Source: Chiloscyllium plagiosum
Taxonomy: Eukaryota
Assembly: GCF_004010195.1 (NCBI RefSeq)
Contig: NC_057744.1
Coordinates: forward strand, 10,853,733-10,917,732
Reading direction: 5' to 3'
Length of the DNA: 64,000 bases
Shown here: positions 36,227-50,696 of the stretch, one piece after another
How positions within the stretch are numbered: the stretch's first letter is position 1
Layout of the letters: every line of letters begins with the position of its first letter
The notes under the pieces: model-generated
What the model was told of the DNA's origin: nothing
Databases searched by the model: none
What the model saw: only the letters and a program-made list of their open reading frames with translations
Position numbers and translations under genes: made by a program

Positions 36227-37639
36227 CCATATTGTTGCAAAATGATGCAGGAAAGCCACAGAATATCATTTGGATGATGAAGTGCAAAGGAATTCACCAT
36301 TCTCTCTTTAAGTTACTCCTAGCTTAAAAAAGAAAGAGGCATTGTTCTTATTACTACTGTCTAACTACTCTTTCATTTGATCACTTTCGATCACAATTGT
36401 TTTTGATGTCACACCCTGCCAAACAAACTATTTCACAATCAACAGGACAAACAGGTAAATTATTCCAGAGCAGTGCCTCACCTAGTGTAGTTTCTGTGAT
36501 TTAATCCTCTCCTTGTCATGGTATAGCTTAGTTCATTTTATTTTCTGTCCATATTTTTGATATCCATATGTATTTATGGCTACACTAGCATATTACTTAC
36601 AACAATCAACAAGTCAAGTCCTTTGGATATCTGACATAAAAATGAGCAAATTTCAGAACGTTTTTGAACATTACTGCTAAATTTAAACATTATTCGCTAT
36701 TAAACTATAACAAAGAATTTAGACTTCAGGTTTCTCAGTTTCAGGTGACTCAGGCTAAAATGACTGTGTAATTTCCAGGTGTAGGCTTTGCAGCAGAACC
36801 ACGGTAAATAATGTCAGAAAGCAGGTCTGATGTCCACCTGTTATTCCACTATCTATCAAGCTATGAATTATGATAGCTTTCTGCAGACTGCTTCAAAAGA
36901 ACTGGTGTATAAAACAAATTCCATGGTTTAAATACTCCAGTTCTGTTTGCTAGCCTTTGATTTTCACATTTTATTTGTGAACACCAACTTGTATATTATA
37001 GTTCACTCAGGAACCCAAGTTGCCATGGTATCACATGCTTTTATCTTACATGCACATTGCAGCCTATATTGCAGCTGTAGATAATGATTGTTGAGGCTTG
37101 AACCATTCTTTCCAACACATAGCAAACCAGGAATCACTCCTCCTCTTACCAACTGCCATTGCTCTGTAATGAATGGATTTGCAGGTTAATGCTCAATCTG
37201 TTTGCCTTTGTTACTTGACATCAAGCACTTGAAAAGGAATCAAACCCAGAGCTTCTGGCTCAGAGTCGGGGTTGCATTACAAGACCTCCACTTTTTTGAA
37301 TCCCTGAGAACATGCCAATCCCTATGGATACCTTGGGGGCCATAAGTGTAAATACTCAAGAGATTATGTTTTGTGTTTGCAGAAAAGAAACAATTTAACT
37401 ATTTCATCTAAAAACATCTTAAGAAATTGCTGTTGATAAATGCCTGAAATCTTGAAAAAATATCTCAATTTTAGTATTTTATTTAAACCACAGAATTGAA
37501 TGACACAGAAGAAAACCATTCAGCTCACCTAGTTTTGAATAGCCCGTTCAAAGAACCTGATAGTACTTGAAACAGAGATAATGGATACATGGATATATTG
37601 GAGATGCTGATGTTAGTCTCTTTAGCACAGGGAGGTAAA

Positions 37640-38990
37640 TAAAACATAGGAAACGAGAGCAGGAGCAGGCCTTTCAGCCTGCTACACCATTCACCTAGAT
37701 CATGGTTGATCTACCTCAGAACAATTTACGGATATCATCCACACATCCCTCAATTGCTGTAATATTTGAAATGTATCTGTCTTGAACATACCCAATGACC
37801 GAGCCTCCAGACCCCTTTTGGGCAGATAATTCCAGAGCTTCAGTACCTTCTGAATGTAGAAATTCTTCCTTATCTCAGTCCTAAATAGTTTGCCTCTTAC
37901 TCTGAGACAGTGTCCCTTAGTTCTAGGTTCTTTTAGCCAAGGAAAGTATCCTCCCTGCATCTAAACTGTACAGCCCTGGAAGACTGCATGTTTCAATTGG
38001 TTGAAGATTTAATAGAAGCGTACACAATTTGGGTTTTGAAGTAAAGAATGTGAAAGTGTTTTTCATATTGAAGAATTAACCCAAGGGCACAGATCTATTA
38101 TGGTTGCTAAAAATCAAAGCTAACATGGGGAGAAACTTCTTTTGAGTAGTTAGGATCTGAATGCATGCCCAATAATTTGGTGGAGGCAATTCTCGATAGC
38201 AAAAGGTAGCATAAGTCATTGTGTTTTAGATTTTATTTTCAGTAATGCCTTGGAACTGGCTTCAAATGGTCCCGGCGTGTTGAAAAGGAAACAGCTTCTC
38301 AGCGTGTTGGGGTCCTGCAACACATGATGCTCTCCATTTAACAGTCTCTGTTGGCACGCTTGCACTCAGCTTCAAAAGCATTTCTTCAAGCTGTTACCTA
38401 GGTATGAGAAAAAAACACAAAACAGTTAACAAGTTTGATAAATAGATGTTTATAAGAGCATAACCAGGTGAAAGAGAAGACAATTCAGCCCCTCCAGTCT
38501 GCTCCACCATCTGATAGTCAAGGCTGATCTCACCTTGGCCACAACTTCATTTTCCTGCCCGATCTCCATAACCCTTCAACCCTGTAACTAATTAAAAATC
38601 TGTCTGTCTCCTCCTTAAATTTACTCAATATCCTAGCATCCACCGCACTCTGGGGGTATTAATTTCATGATCCTTTGAGGAAAGTAATTTCTCCTCATCT
38701 CGGTTTTAAATCTGCCACCCCTCATCCCAAAACTATGACCTCTCATTCTAGATTGCTGACAAGAGAAAACATCCTCTCTATGTCTACTTTGACAGTCTTC
38801 TTTAGCATTTATATACCTCAGTTAGATCTCTCATTCTTCTCAACTCCAGAGAAAGTAGGCTTAAGTGCTCTATCTCGCTTCATAAGAAAAAACCCTCATC
38901 TTCGTAATCAATCGAGTTAATATTCTCTGAACTGCGCTCAATGCAGTGACATCTCTCCTTAAGCAAGGGGTCCAAAACTGTATGCAGATG
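37640..38990 (-). mobile_element. Decayed CR1-type 3' fragments (~37640-37995 and ~38475-38990)
   Basis: RTKGH.LRVRGK.FRTEIRKNFY.QKV..LWN.LP. Confidence 0.75.
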
Positions 38991-39189
38991 TTTGATACAA
39001 CCAGCTTAATATGTTCTTAAGGTAAGGATAAGATGTAATGACTTCAAAGTTTCTAAGGGAAACGTTTAGATGTAACTTTAAAATGAGGTTATAATTGCAT
39101 TGCTGGAATTCCTTGTGGTCAAGTGTGCAACAATATCAGAAACATTTCAGTCATTATTACTATTATAGGAATTGCTGAAACCCAACTCA

Positions 39190-39920
39190 CTTTCACAACC
39201 TCAGCATGTGCCAGAGCATTTTACAACCAATAAAAGTGTTTGTTTGAAGAGAGGAAGTGTGGAAATCAATTTATGCAAAGCAAGCTCTCGTTAACAGCAA
39301 TGTGATGAATGACAAAATAATCTGTTTTAGTCACGTTGACTAAGGTATGGAATATTTGCCAGGACACTGAAAAAAACACTCCCTCACTCTTCTACAAATT
39401 GTGTCATGGGATCTTTTATGTTCATTTTAGAATAATATGATCCCTACATTGTGGAAACAGGCCCTTTGACCCAACAAGTCCACTCTGACCCTCCAAAGAG
39501 TATCCCACTCAAACTCATTCTCGATTACTCTACATTTACCCCTGACCAACGCACCTAACCTACACATCCCTGAACACTATGGGCAATTTAGCATTCACTT
39601 AACCTGCAATCTTTGGATTGTGGGAGGAAACCAGAGCACCCAAAGGAAACCCACGCAGACACAGCGGGAATGTGCAAACTCCACACAGTCACCGAGGCTG
39701 GTATCAAATGCAGGTCCCTGGCATTGTGAGGCAGCAGTGCTAACCACTGACCCACCGTGCTGCCCTCAGCAAGTATTTGAGAAAGTATACTGGGTCTTGG
39801 CTTAACATCACTTGAAAGACAACACTTCAGACAGTGCAGCACTCCCTTAGCATAGTACTATTGTGCATTGTTGAGCTCGGGTCTCTGAAGTGGGACTTGA
39901 ATGGAACCAGCTGAGTCATG
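39190..39920 (-). mobile_element. Deu-domain SINE (SacSINE1/AmnSINE1-like), split by an HE1 SINE
   Basis: aacagcaatgtgat...ataatctgttttagt...ccaggacac...catgggatctttta and gacagtgcagcactccct, matched from memory of the Deu consensus; opposite-strand copy at ~58000-58310. Confidence 0.6.
39440..39765 (-). mobile_element. HE1-type SINE
   Basis: HE1 body and tail. Confidence 0.88.
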
Positions 39921-40779
39921 TTTGCATTTGTGTAGCACCTCCAATATAGACAAGCATTCAGAAACACTTAACTGACAAGCTGAAGAAATTGGTTCCCGGA
40001 GCCTGAGTTTGGAGGAGGATATTAAAGGAGAGGAAATGTTTGTAGAAGGAATTCCACAGAGTTAGGAGGAACAGGATAAAGATGAGGCAGAGAGAGAGAG
40101 CTAGTACAACTGCAATCAGGTTCCAGTTAGGTGAGCACAGCGTTCTGAGGAACGATAATAGAAAAGACTTGGCCATGATTGGAATAATTACATGTAACAA
40201 AGAGAATTGGGATCAGGAGCTAATTTGGGTCAGTGTTAATGGCTGGGCCAGCATTTTTTGTCCATCCCTAATTGCCCTTGAGATGGTGGCGCTGAGGAGG
40301 CTCCTTTTTGAACCACTGCATCAGATTATTTGGTGTAGTAACACTGTCGTTAAGGAGCCAGGCGCTGACCTCAGCTGGGGGGGCGAATATAGATACCACT
40401 TGGCTTAACGCCGGAGAGGAATTTTACTCTTTGGTTTCCCCCGATCAACTGGAAGAGGAGACGTCGCCCTCTGCTGAAAAGAAGCGATTCACAAATCTGA
40501 AAGAAGGTTAGATAAAGTTCACAACCAAATACTTCGCTTCTATAGGTTCATTCTGCTGTCCACTAATTCACATTAAACTGAGAGACCGAAAGGGTGTAGG
40601 TAAAACAGAAACTAGTCTCACGCTGTTGGCCAGCTAGAAGAACTAAATAACAATCATGAAAATTCAGAGTGGAAATATCACACACCTGAAAACGTAAAGT
40701 GTGTTATAAATATAAGGTGCTATCTTTCCTGAACTCTGTGGCTTGCTCTACCCCTTTTGTAGCTGCTGAGTTCATCATC

Positions 40780-41200
40780 TGTCTTCCTTTCACCTGTCCT
40801 GGTGCCAGAACCTGACCGAGAGTAAACAAGGAAATGCGGGAAGTCGCAAACTTTAGTCTGTGCAACTGACGCGAAACTGCAATCGCAGAGGGGGGTGAGT
40901 TCATGGCGCAGCGCGGCGGCTGCAATGGGGAACGTCCTCCGGCGCTGCACAGCCAGGTAAGGGGCTCAACTCTTCCCGGGAATTCCTTCTACAATTCCCG
41001 AAGCCACATCGCCGACCGGGTACACCAGCCACCGCTCCTGTGAAAGTTAATCTGCCTGCTCTGCTTCTGCTGTTTCTGCATTTCCTGGTGGACCCGGTGC
41101 CTATGTGGAGTTTCGATCTATCTCTCGCCTCTTTGCTCGAACTTTTATTGCGTCTTTCCGAACACTTTTTTTTAACGTCTTTCCGGACTCGATTCACTGA
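40780..41200. promoter_or_regulatory. CpG-rich promoter / first-exon region of the C11orf52-like gene
   Basis: Local CpG enrichment against a CpG-poor background; GTAAACA (FOX-like) and GGAAGT (ETS-like) motifs at ~40820-40845. Confidence 0.6.
40925..40956 (+). CDS. C11orf52: C11orf52-like protein, coding exon 1
   Basis: gcaATGg Kozak context; MGNVLRRCTA+AG|gtaagg, 32 nt, phase 2; lies in the only clearly CpG-rich patch; MGN..C start and position downstream of HSPB2 match C11orf52. Confidence 0.75.
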
Positions 41201-41789
41201 TCTGTCCTGACTCTTTTTTTAAAAAAATATCTAAGCTGTCTCTCTCTTTCTTACTAGAGTGAGATAATTTTGGGCAGATTGGGGGAGGGGAGTATAATTT
41301 TTGTTTAGACTGTCAAAAGGATGGGATGTGTATCTCATTGGAAAATGCCCCTGATCTGGGATATTATATTCCTGCCTTGATGAAGGGCTTTTGCCCGAAA
41401 CGTCGATTTCGCTGCTCCTTGGATGCTGCCTGAACTGCTGTGCTCTTCCAGCACCACTAATCCAGACTTGTGAGGGAAGGCAAGTTACTCAATGGTTTAC
41501 ACACTCGGCAGTTCGAAGCTAGTTTTAAAACCGAGGTTTTCGGGAGGAGTGAAACTGTGGTTAATTAGCTTATTCGTGGTTATGAATCCCACCCTGTCTA
41601 GTTACTGCTTCTGGTTTGTCATGTCAACAACGTAAGGAATCTGAAATCAACACGGTATGGCTTGTGAGGTTGAGGGGGAAACTCCCAACAGGCTAGACAC
41701 TAGATTCCTTCTGAACCCTAAAGGAACACTATCTTCATATGTTTTTAAAGTGTTGGACAAACTTTCTCACTGGTTAGTAAAATAAAGTT

Positions 41790-41995
41790 GCCATAGCAAC
41801 CCTATGGTCCTCTGGGACTTTCTCATTAGACAGAGGGAGAGATGACTGGTGGTGGTTTAACCTGAAGGTCATCATACCCCAGGTGAGGGGGAGATTGAGA
41901 AGGTGGGACCTTTATGGTAATTTTAGCTGTTGCAGGAATTAAACCCACACAACTGGCTTTACTCTGCATTTGAAAGCAGTGTTCCAGCCAAATGG
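41790..41995 (-). mobile_element. Unclassified SINE-like repeat (second copy at ~62890-63110 on +)
   Basis: The two copies are reverse-complementary homologues. Confidence 0.6.
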
Positions 41996-42089
41996 ATTTG
42001 TAGATCTGTTTTCTCTTTTTTTAAACTCTTCAATTATATGTCCGGTTCCCCTTTTGAAGGCTGTTATTGAAGCTTACAAAATTCACTCT

Positions 42090-43240
42090 CTCCGTTCTAG
42101 ATACAGTAAGAATAATTCTCCTGGTTGGGATGGCTGAACTAGGGGGCAAACTTTCTACGTAATGGGTGGGCCATTCAGCACAGAAACCAGGAGGAATTTC
42201 CTCATGGAGGGTGGTGAACATCTGGAATTCTGTCTCCCAGAGGACTGTGCATGCTCAGTCATTTGGGTAATTTCAAGTCGGATTTCTACATATTAAAATA
42301 TCAAGGAATACAGGAATGGCAACATATTGTCAGATGGAATATAATGTGGGGAAAATGTGACATTATGAACTCTGGCAGGAAGAATAGAGGAACTGAATTA
42401 TTTAAATTGAGGAATACTGCAGAAAGCTATGGGAATTCTCCTCCATGAAGCTCAAAGCGAGCATGTAGCAAACTGATCAATAGTTACTAGGGAAAGCAAA
42501 TGGAATGTTTTGTCTTTATTTCAAAGAGAATTGAGTATAAAAGTAGGGAGGTTTTTCTTAAACTATACAAGACCACAGCTGGAAGACTGAACAGTTTTGG
42601 GCCCTGTTTATCTAAGGAAAGATACACCATCATTCGAGGCAGTCCAGAGAAGCTTCACCAGTTGTTCCTGGATATGAAGGAGTTTTCTTATAAGAGGTTG
42701 CATAGCTAAAGACAAACTGCTGGAAAAACTCAACAGGTCTGGCAGTATCAATGGAGAGAAACAGAGTTAGTATTTCAAGTCCAGTGACCCTTCAGAACTA
42801 GGGAATTTGGGTCTGTATGTGTTGGAGTTTAGAAGAGTGAAAGGTGCCCTTGATGAAACATTCTGGATTCTTAAGGACTTTTGAGAGGCAAATGCAAAAC
42901 ATGTTTATTGAATCAAGAAACTGCATCCTGAAAATATTGATTTTTTTTTTTTCCGTTGTGGGAGAGTTTAGAACCAGAGGACATAGTCTCGGAGGAAGGG
43001 ATTGACCACTTAAGACAGGAGTTTTTCACGGTTGAGTACCTGTGGAATTCTTGACAATAGAGTGCTGTCAAGCCTGTGTTGTTAAGTAAATTCAAAGCAG
43101 AGAGAGAGATTTTTAAGGGAATCTTGGGGAAAAGCAGGAAAGTGGAGTTGAGGATTTTCCTATCAACCATTATCTTGAAATGGTGGAGCAGATGCGACGG
43201 GCCAAATGAGTGACTTCTGCTCCTACGTTTTATGGTCTGA
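42090..43240 (+). mobile_element. Decayed CR1-type LINE fragments with a Penelope-type terminus at ~42710-42800
   Basis: IEYKSREVFLKLYK. Confidence 0.75.
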
Positions 43241-45209
43241 TGACATTGTCATTGATCAGCCAAGATCTAGTCAAATAATCGAGCATGTTTGAGGGTCCGA
43301 ATCTTGCTCCTTTGTGATGTTTTCTAAGCAGCTATATCCCCACCCTTTAAGGAAGTGCTTTCCAAATCCTAACCATTTGTTGGTTTTTAAAAGTTCCCAT
43401 CATATTTCATTCTTCTATGAAGCTTCTTTAGTCCATTCCTTCTGTTATTTGTCCCTCCCACATTTGAAAGGAAGCATGCAAGTGAGGCAGTGATGTATTG
43501 TAATTTTTAAATCAAGTTATCATCATAGTGATTACAAAATATACTTTATTACAAAACTGCGTCTTCAATGCAGAGTTCATATTTGGGAATTTCCAGGTCC
43601 AATGCAATTCCTTGAATAACCTCGAACAAACTGTCCAAAAACTCTTGATCCTTAGTGGAAAAACCTCTGTTCCTGCAAATACTGACCTTGAGTATGTTTC
43701 TTGTATTACCAAGAAAAAGATTAATCTAAATATTGTGTAACACTGGATTCTGTGTTAGCAAAATGATGCTCATTCATTGTTCCCCCTCTTTAAAGCTCCT
43801 TGCTCATGTACATGATTTGAACACAAATTCACTATTGTACAAATAACAATGTCTGACAGCACTTGAAAATAGTGACCTCATTTAATGTCATTATACTCCA
43901 TGATGTTAGAACTAAGCTTGTCTTGAAGACTATACTTTGCACAAAATATTTCATCTATCAACATGTCACGGTGATCATTTTAAGTTTCTCCAGAACTTAC
44001 CTTCTTCAGCTTCACGTAATAAATATATACCATTGACCCTGTTATTGCATGTTAAAAGCTCAATTGATGGAGTTAGTTTAGGCTCTTACTTCTCTGATTA
44101 TTTGTAAATTGAATCCTGTCAGACCATAATTTTAGTGATATCTGAATGAACAATGGTCTGCATAACACAACTTGTGCATGAACAGAACAGCTGTTATTGA
44201 AGTGCTTAGATCTACAAATGCAGCTGTCTTGAGTGAATGTTAGATTGTAACGATGGATAACATCCTGTATCATTCACATTTTTACAGCCGTGTGTTTCTG
44301 GCTGTTAACACATTTAACAATTACACAGCTCCTTTTAACAATTCATTGAATCTGTTTCTCAAAGTCGTAAATGATTGCTCTCATAGTTCCAAAGTGTGTA
44401 TATGTGTGTGTTAGAAAAGTAGTCTGTGAAGAGAAGTATTTGCTCAGCAGAAAAACTGCCTGCTAATATGTCAACTCCTTACTGCCACTGTTGGAGAAAG
44501 AACCACAACATAGAAATGAGGGAAATAAAATGCTCCAGGCCGTTTCCAAAGACACTTGCAGCACCATCAGTGTACATTTTAGTGAACTATATGGAATGAC
44601 CTGCCAGAGGAAGAGGTGGAGGCTGGTACAATTATAACCTTTTAAAAGGCTAGGAGGAGTTTTGAGGAATATGGGCCAAAATCCTGGTAAATAGGACTAG
44701 ATTAATTTGGATATCTACTCACCGGGATGAGTTGGACTGATGAGTCTGTTTCTGTGCTATACATCTCTATGATTGGGACTATTACTTTCAAATGTTTTAA
44801 CCTCTGGTGGTTGGTGCTTCATTTAGAAGGAATTGCAAGTGTGTGGTCACTTTATCATTTTAATAAATGCTTTCCTGAGATATTACACTCCATCCTCCTA
44901 GGTATAAGCTGGTACAATTATCCATCTTTCTGTGCTGTCAGCAGTGTCTAGGGCCAAGTTTTGGAATCTGTCTCTGGCTGTAAGTTGTTATGCCATGTAA
45001 CTGTTAACTTATTTACTTTGTTCTTCCTTGACGTGGGCATTATTGGGTAAGCCATCTTCCAATCCCTAATTACCTTTGAACTGATTGGTGCCTGAAATAG
45101 TCCAGTAAGCCACTTAGAAGTGAACTTGTTCCTGTGGATCTGCAGCCCAAGGATGGTAGGTTGCCGCCCTTAAAGGACATTTAGTGAACTGGATGGGTAT
45201 CATGGTGAT

Positions 45210-45845
45210 CAATAGTTAAGAAGGTTAATGGAATGCTATTGATTTATTAGCATAATAGTTTAACATAACTGAAACATTGCATCCTTACTTTATGTGAGGG
45301 GTTGGTGAGACCAAACCTTAAATACCATGTGCTGTTTTTGTCTCCTTATTTAGGAAAACATGTATAAATATTGGTGTGATTCAAAGGAGACACATTGATT
45401 GATTTGACTAACTAAAATGAGTGAGTTGTCTTGAGGGAAGGTTGCACAGACTATCCTTCTACTGGAGTTTGGAAGAATGAAGTGGGGGGACTTCACTATA
45501 GTGTGTAAGATCCTGAATGGTCTTGATAAGGAGAATGTAGAGAGGATGTTTCCTCTTGTGGGTCAGTTCCAATACTAGGGGGATTCTCTTTTTTAAAATG
45601 AGAGCTTGCCCTTTCAGGACAGATAAGGAAATTTTCTTTTTTGAGTTGTGACTTCAGAACTCTCTCACCTAGGCAGTGGACGCAAAGTCAATTAATATTT
45701 TTAAGGCCAAAGTAAATTGTTGTTAGGCAGGGGAATCAAGGGTTATTGGAGTGAATGGTAGCGTGGAATACAAAACAGAAACTGATCAGCCGTGATTGCG
45801 TTGAATGATGAGGCAGACTGGTCTGCTCCTGTTCGTGTTTTGTAT
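45210..45845 (+). mobile_element. Decayed CR1-type LINE 3' fragment
   Basis: Homologous to 34580-35215. Confidence 0.7.
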
Positions 45846-46091
45846 GGTTGGTTGTTATGGTCACTATAACTATGTTCCCAAAATAGCTTTTGAAATATCT
45901 AAGAATAATTCATCTACTTCCTACATATTGTGGAAACTGCCCTAACTGGTATGACAGCATCTATTAAGTTCAAGGTTCATGGTGTCGTTTTGGCCTTGTT
46001 TTTGGTTGCTGAAGGCCAGAGGTCTAATATTTTGTCCCTAAATCTCATTCTCATCCCTCCCACCTCATCCTCTTAAGACACTCCTCATTTG

Positions 46092-46410
46092 AATCATAGA
46101 ATCCTTCGTGTGGTAGTAGGCCATTCTGCCCATAGTGTTCACACCAACCCTCTGAAGGGCATCCCACCCGATCGCTGTAATCCTGCACTTCCCATGACTA
46201 ACCCACCTAGCCTGTACGTGATTGGCAATTTTTAGCATAGCCGATCCACCTAACCTGCACATTTTTGTGACTGTGGGAGGAAACTGGAGCACCCAGAGGA
46301 ATCTCATGCAGACGTGGAAAGAATGTGCAAATTCCACATTCACCCAAGGATGGAATTGAACCTAGCTCCCTGGTGCTGAGGCAGCAGTGCTAACCACTGA
46401 GCCACTGTGA
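46092..46410 (-). mobile_element. HE1-type SINE
   Basis: gcagcagtgctaaccactgagccac end. Confidence 0.85.
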
Positions 46411-47864
46411 CCTCCTACCCCTGAACACTTATACTTTCAGTAAAATTTTTGTCATCTGTCCTAATATCTGCTTATTTGTCTCTTTTTTTTTGATTTGATA
46501 TTTAATATGTTCCAGTGACGTGCCTTGGGACATTTCCCTATGTTCAAGGTGCTATATAAATGCAGAGTGTTGTTACAGGCTATATCTGATAGTTGAGCTG
46601 ATTGCACCTAAAAATAAACAGAATAGACACAGTTGTCTTGGATGTCACTAAGTAGCTTTCAGCTGTTAATTCTCGGCTTGAATGCCATCAGGCGATGACC
46701 ATTCCTTTTCTGACAGCATAACTGGCTGAAGGAAATGCCCAACCAAATTATAAATGCAAAATCTGCATGCCATTGCTCTAAATATTTCACCTTGTTACCA
46801 ACTAGCATTTGGACATTCTGCACATACAAGAACATCTTTCAAAACTTTGGATAGGGGAAAAGTGAATGCTAGGAAAGGAATAAACAAATGTAGGAATATG
46901 GGTATCACAGGAAAGAAAAGGTAAGTATTTGGAAGGTTCTTATGGGTGGGGAGCAAGGTTTCAAAGCATCTTGAAATTTACTTCCCTCTTGGAATTCAGT
47001 TGAAATATGTTGGCTGCTTTCTCTTTTTTTTTCGTAGAAAAAGTGGAACTTGATTCTTCACACATTTATTTAGTCCCATGGTTGTGATTTATATTCCACA
47101 ATCTGGCTCATTTCACAAATTGCAGGTTCTGAGTAATGGTTACCCCCAGAAATGGGATACAAGTCTTATCCCATGGTAGCCTGATTATACCATATGTTAA
47201 AATTAATTGGTTAAAGTTAATTAGGCAAGAAGAAATACAAAATGAGTTTAATTGTGCAGCATATTCCTTTGTGATTTAATCTCAGAGCTGGAGGGAATGC
47301 ATTTGCTAATTAGCTTCCTGTGGAGTAAGTTTAGAATATTAATGTTTTGTCCAGAGTGGGGCATGAAATAGTTCCAAGAGCTAAATAATTATAAGAACAT
47401 AGGAACTAGGAGAAGGAGAAGGCCATTTGGCCCCTTGAGCCTGTTCTGCCATTCAATAAGAGCATGGCTGATCTTTTCATGGACTCAGCTCCACTTACCT
47501 GCACTCTCTCAGTATCCTTTTAATTTCTTTATTGTTAAAAAAAATCTATCTTAACTTTAAAAAATTTTAGTGAAGTAGCGTCAACTACTTCACCGGGTAA
47601 GGAATTACACATAGATTTATGACTCTCTGGGTGAAGAAGTTCCTTCACAATTCAGTCCTAAATCTGCTCTCTTTAATCTTTAAAGCTATGCCCTCTTGTC
47701 TTAGTTTTACCTGCTAGTAGAAATATCCCCTTTACTTCTATCTTATCTACTCCCTTCATAATTTTCTTTCTATAAGATTCCCCCCTTATTCTTCTGAATT
47801 CCAATGAGTTATAATCCCAGTCTACTGAGGCCCTCCTCATAAGCCAAGTGATTGTTATTTGAGT

Positions 47865-48415
47865 TCTGGGTCCTCTGCTGTTTGTAATTTTTATTAATGA
47901 CTTGCAAGAGGGAGTCGAAGGGTGGGTCGTAAATTTGCAGACGATATGGAGATTGGTGGAGTTGTGGATAGTGAGGAGGGCTGTTGTCGGCTGCAAAGGG
48001 ACTTAGATATGATGCAGAGCTGGGCTGAGGAGTGACAGATGGAGTTCAATCCTGTCAAGTGTGAGGTTGTCCATTTTGGAAGGACAAATAAGAATGCGGA
48101 ATACAGGGTTTAGAGGTTTATAAGATGATCAAGGGAATAGAGTAGACAGAGATTTTTTCCCCGGGTACAACAGTGTGTTAAAAGGGGACATAAATTTAAG
48201 GGAAGGTATAGGGGGGGATGTCAGGGGTAGGTTCTTTACCCAGAGAGTGGTAGAGACATGGAATGTGCTGCCTGTGGGAGTGGCAGAGTCAGAATCATTG
48301 ATGACCTTTAAGCGGCAATTGGATAGGTACATGGATAGGTGCTTAAGCTAGGACAAATGTTCGGCACAACATCGTTGGCCGAAGGGCCTGTTCTGTGCTG
48401 TATTGTTCTATGTTC
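47865..48415 (+). mobile_element. Nested, internally deleted CR1 fragment in the opposite orientation
   Basis: LGPLLFVIFINDL...KFADD joined directly to the 3' end. Confidence 0.8.
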
Positions 48416-50696
48416 TAACTCTGGAATCAACTGAGTGAACCTCCTGTGCACCCCCTCCAGTGCCAGGCTGACATTCAAGTAAGGATCCCAAAACTGCATA
48501 CAGTACTCCAGGTGTGGCCTCACCAGCACCTTGTAGAGCTGCAATATAACCTCCCTGCTTTTAAACTCCATCCCTTTAGCAATGAAGGACAAAATTCCAT
48601 TTGCCTTCCTAATTGTTGTACCTGCAGACCAACCTTTAGTGATTCATGCACAAGGACCCTCTGCATAGCCATGTGCTGCAACTTATTACTATTCAACTAG
48701 TAATCCTTTTTACTGTTATTCCTTCCAAGATGAATGACTTCACATGTATTAACATTGTAATACATCTGTCAGACCTTTACCCACTCGCTTAATGTATCAA
48801 TGTTCCTCTACAAAGTTTCAGAATCGTCAGCACTCTTTGCTTTGCCACTCATCCTAGTGTCATCTGCAAAGCTTGACACGCTACACATGGTCCCCAACTC
48901 CAAATCATTTATATAAATTGTGGTCCCAACATCCATCCCTGAGGAACGCCACTAGTCACTGGCAGCCAGAATAGTACTCGTTTATCCCCACTCTTTGCTT
49001 CCTGTTAGTCAACCAATCCTCTATCCATGTTAATACTTTACCCACAATGCCTTGCATCCTTATCTTATGCAGCCGTCTCCTGTGCGGCACCTTGTCGAAG
49101 GCCTTTTGGAAATCTAGGTACACCACATCCACTGGATCCCTGTTGTCCAAGTTGCTCACAATGTCTTCATAGAATTTCAAAAGATGAGTTAAGCATGACC
49201 TGCCCTTCATGAACCCATGCTGCCTCTGCCCAACGGGACAATTTCTATCCGGATGCCTTGCTGTTTCTTGATAGAATCTAGCATCTTCCCTACTACAGGG
49301 GTTAAGCTAACCAGTCTATAATTCCCTTCTTTTGTCTACCTCCCTTTTTAAACAGTGGTGTCACATTTGCTATTTTCTGATCTACTGGGGACTTCCCCAG
49401 AGTCCAGCGAATTTTGGAAAACTACTACCAGTGTACTTGCTATTTCTCTTGCCATCTCTTTTGTTTTTTAGTCCCTGGGATGCATTCCATCAGGGCCAGT
49501 AGACTTATTTATCCTTGACTCCATTAGCTTGCCCAACACTAGCTCTTCCATAATAATAATTGTTCCCAGGTCCTCACCTACCTTTTGTCTCTTTGTCAAT
49601 TTCTGACATGTTATTAGTGTCCTCCACTGTGAAGACCGATACAAAACAAAGATTTTATGGTGGGACAGTTGATGAGCAATCAACTGTCAATGCCTCAGCC
49701 ATTTCATCATATCTGATAACTAAATGCCACTTCTGCTCCTCTAAAGGACCAACATTTACTTTAGCCATTCTTTTTGATTTCATATTTATAGAAACATTTG
49801 CTATTAGTGTTTATATTTTGTGCTAGTTTTTTCTCATGTTCTCTTACTTTTCGTTATAGCTCTTTTTTGGCTTTCTGTTGACCTTTTAAAGTGTTCCCAA
49901 TATTCTAATTTCATGCCGTTTTTGGCTACTTTGTAAACCTCCCTTTAATTTGATAATCTCCCTTATTGCCTTAGACACCCATGGCAGATTATCCCTTTTC
50001 TTACAGTCCTTCCTTTTCACTGGAATATACTTTTTGCTTAGAAATTTGAAAAATTGTTTTAAGTCCTCCACTGCTCATCAACTGTCCCACCATAAAATCT
50101 TTGTTTGCAGTCAACTTTAGCCAACTCCTCCCTCATTCTTTTGTAGTTTCACTTGTTTAAGCACAGAACCCTGGTATTGGATTTTATCTTCACACACTCC
50201 ATCTGTATTCTAAATTTGACCATTCTGTGATTACTCCTTCCAAGAGGATCCCTTACTATGAGGTCATTAATTATTCCTGTTTTCATTATACAGGACTAGA
50301 TCTAGGATAGCTTGTTCCTTCATCAGTTTTTCTTGAACAGTATGTAATGGAACCATCACAGATACACTCAACTAATTCTTCCTCAAGGCTACCCTGACTG
50401 ATCTGGTTCAACCAATTGGTATGTAGATTAAAATTCCCCATGATAATTGCCATTCTGTTTTTAACAGGCATTCGTTATTTATTTGTTTATTGCCTGCCCC
50501 AGTGCGATATTATTTGGTGGCCTATAGACTACGTCTATCAGTGACATTTTCTTCTTAGAATTTCTAATTTCCATCCAAATGAATTCAACTTTATTCTCCA
50601 CAGAATCTGTATCCTCTCTCGGCAATGCCCTGATGTTGTCCTTGAATATCAGAGTTATACCACCTCTTACTTTCCTATCTGTCCTTCGGAACATTA

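Noticed and set aside
46805-46926. Lys-rich frame ending at AAG|GTAAGT as C11orf52 exon 2
   Set aside because: No good phase-2 acceptor; 62540-62580 fits far better in splice signals, size and phase.
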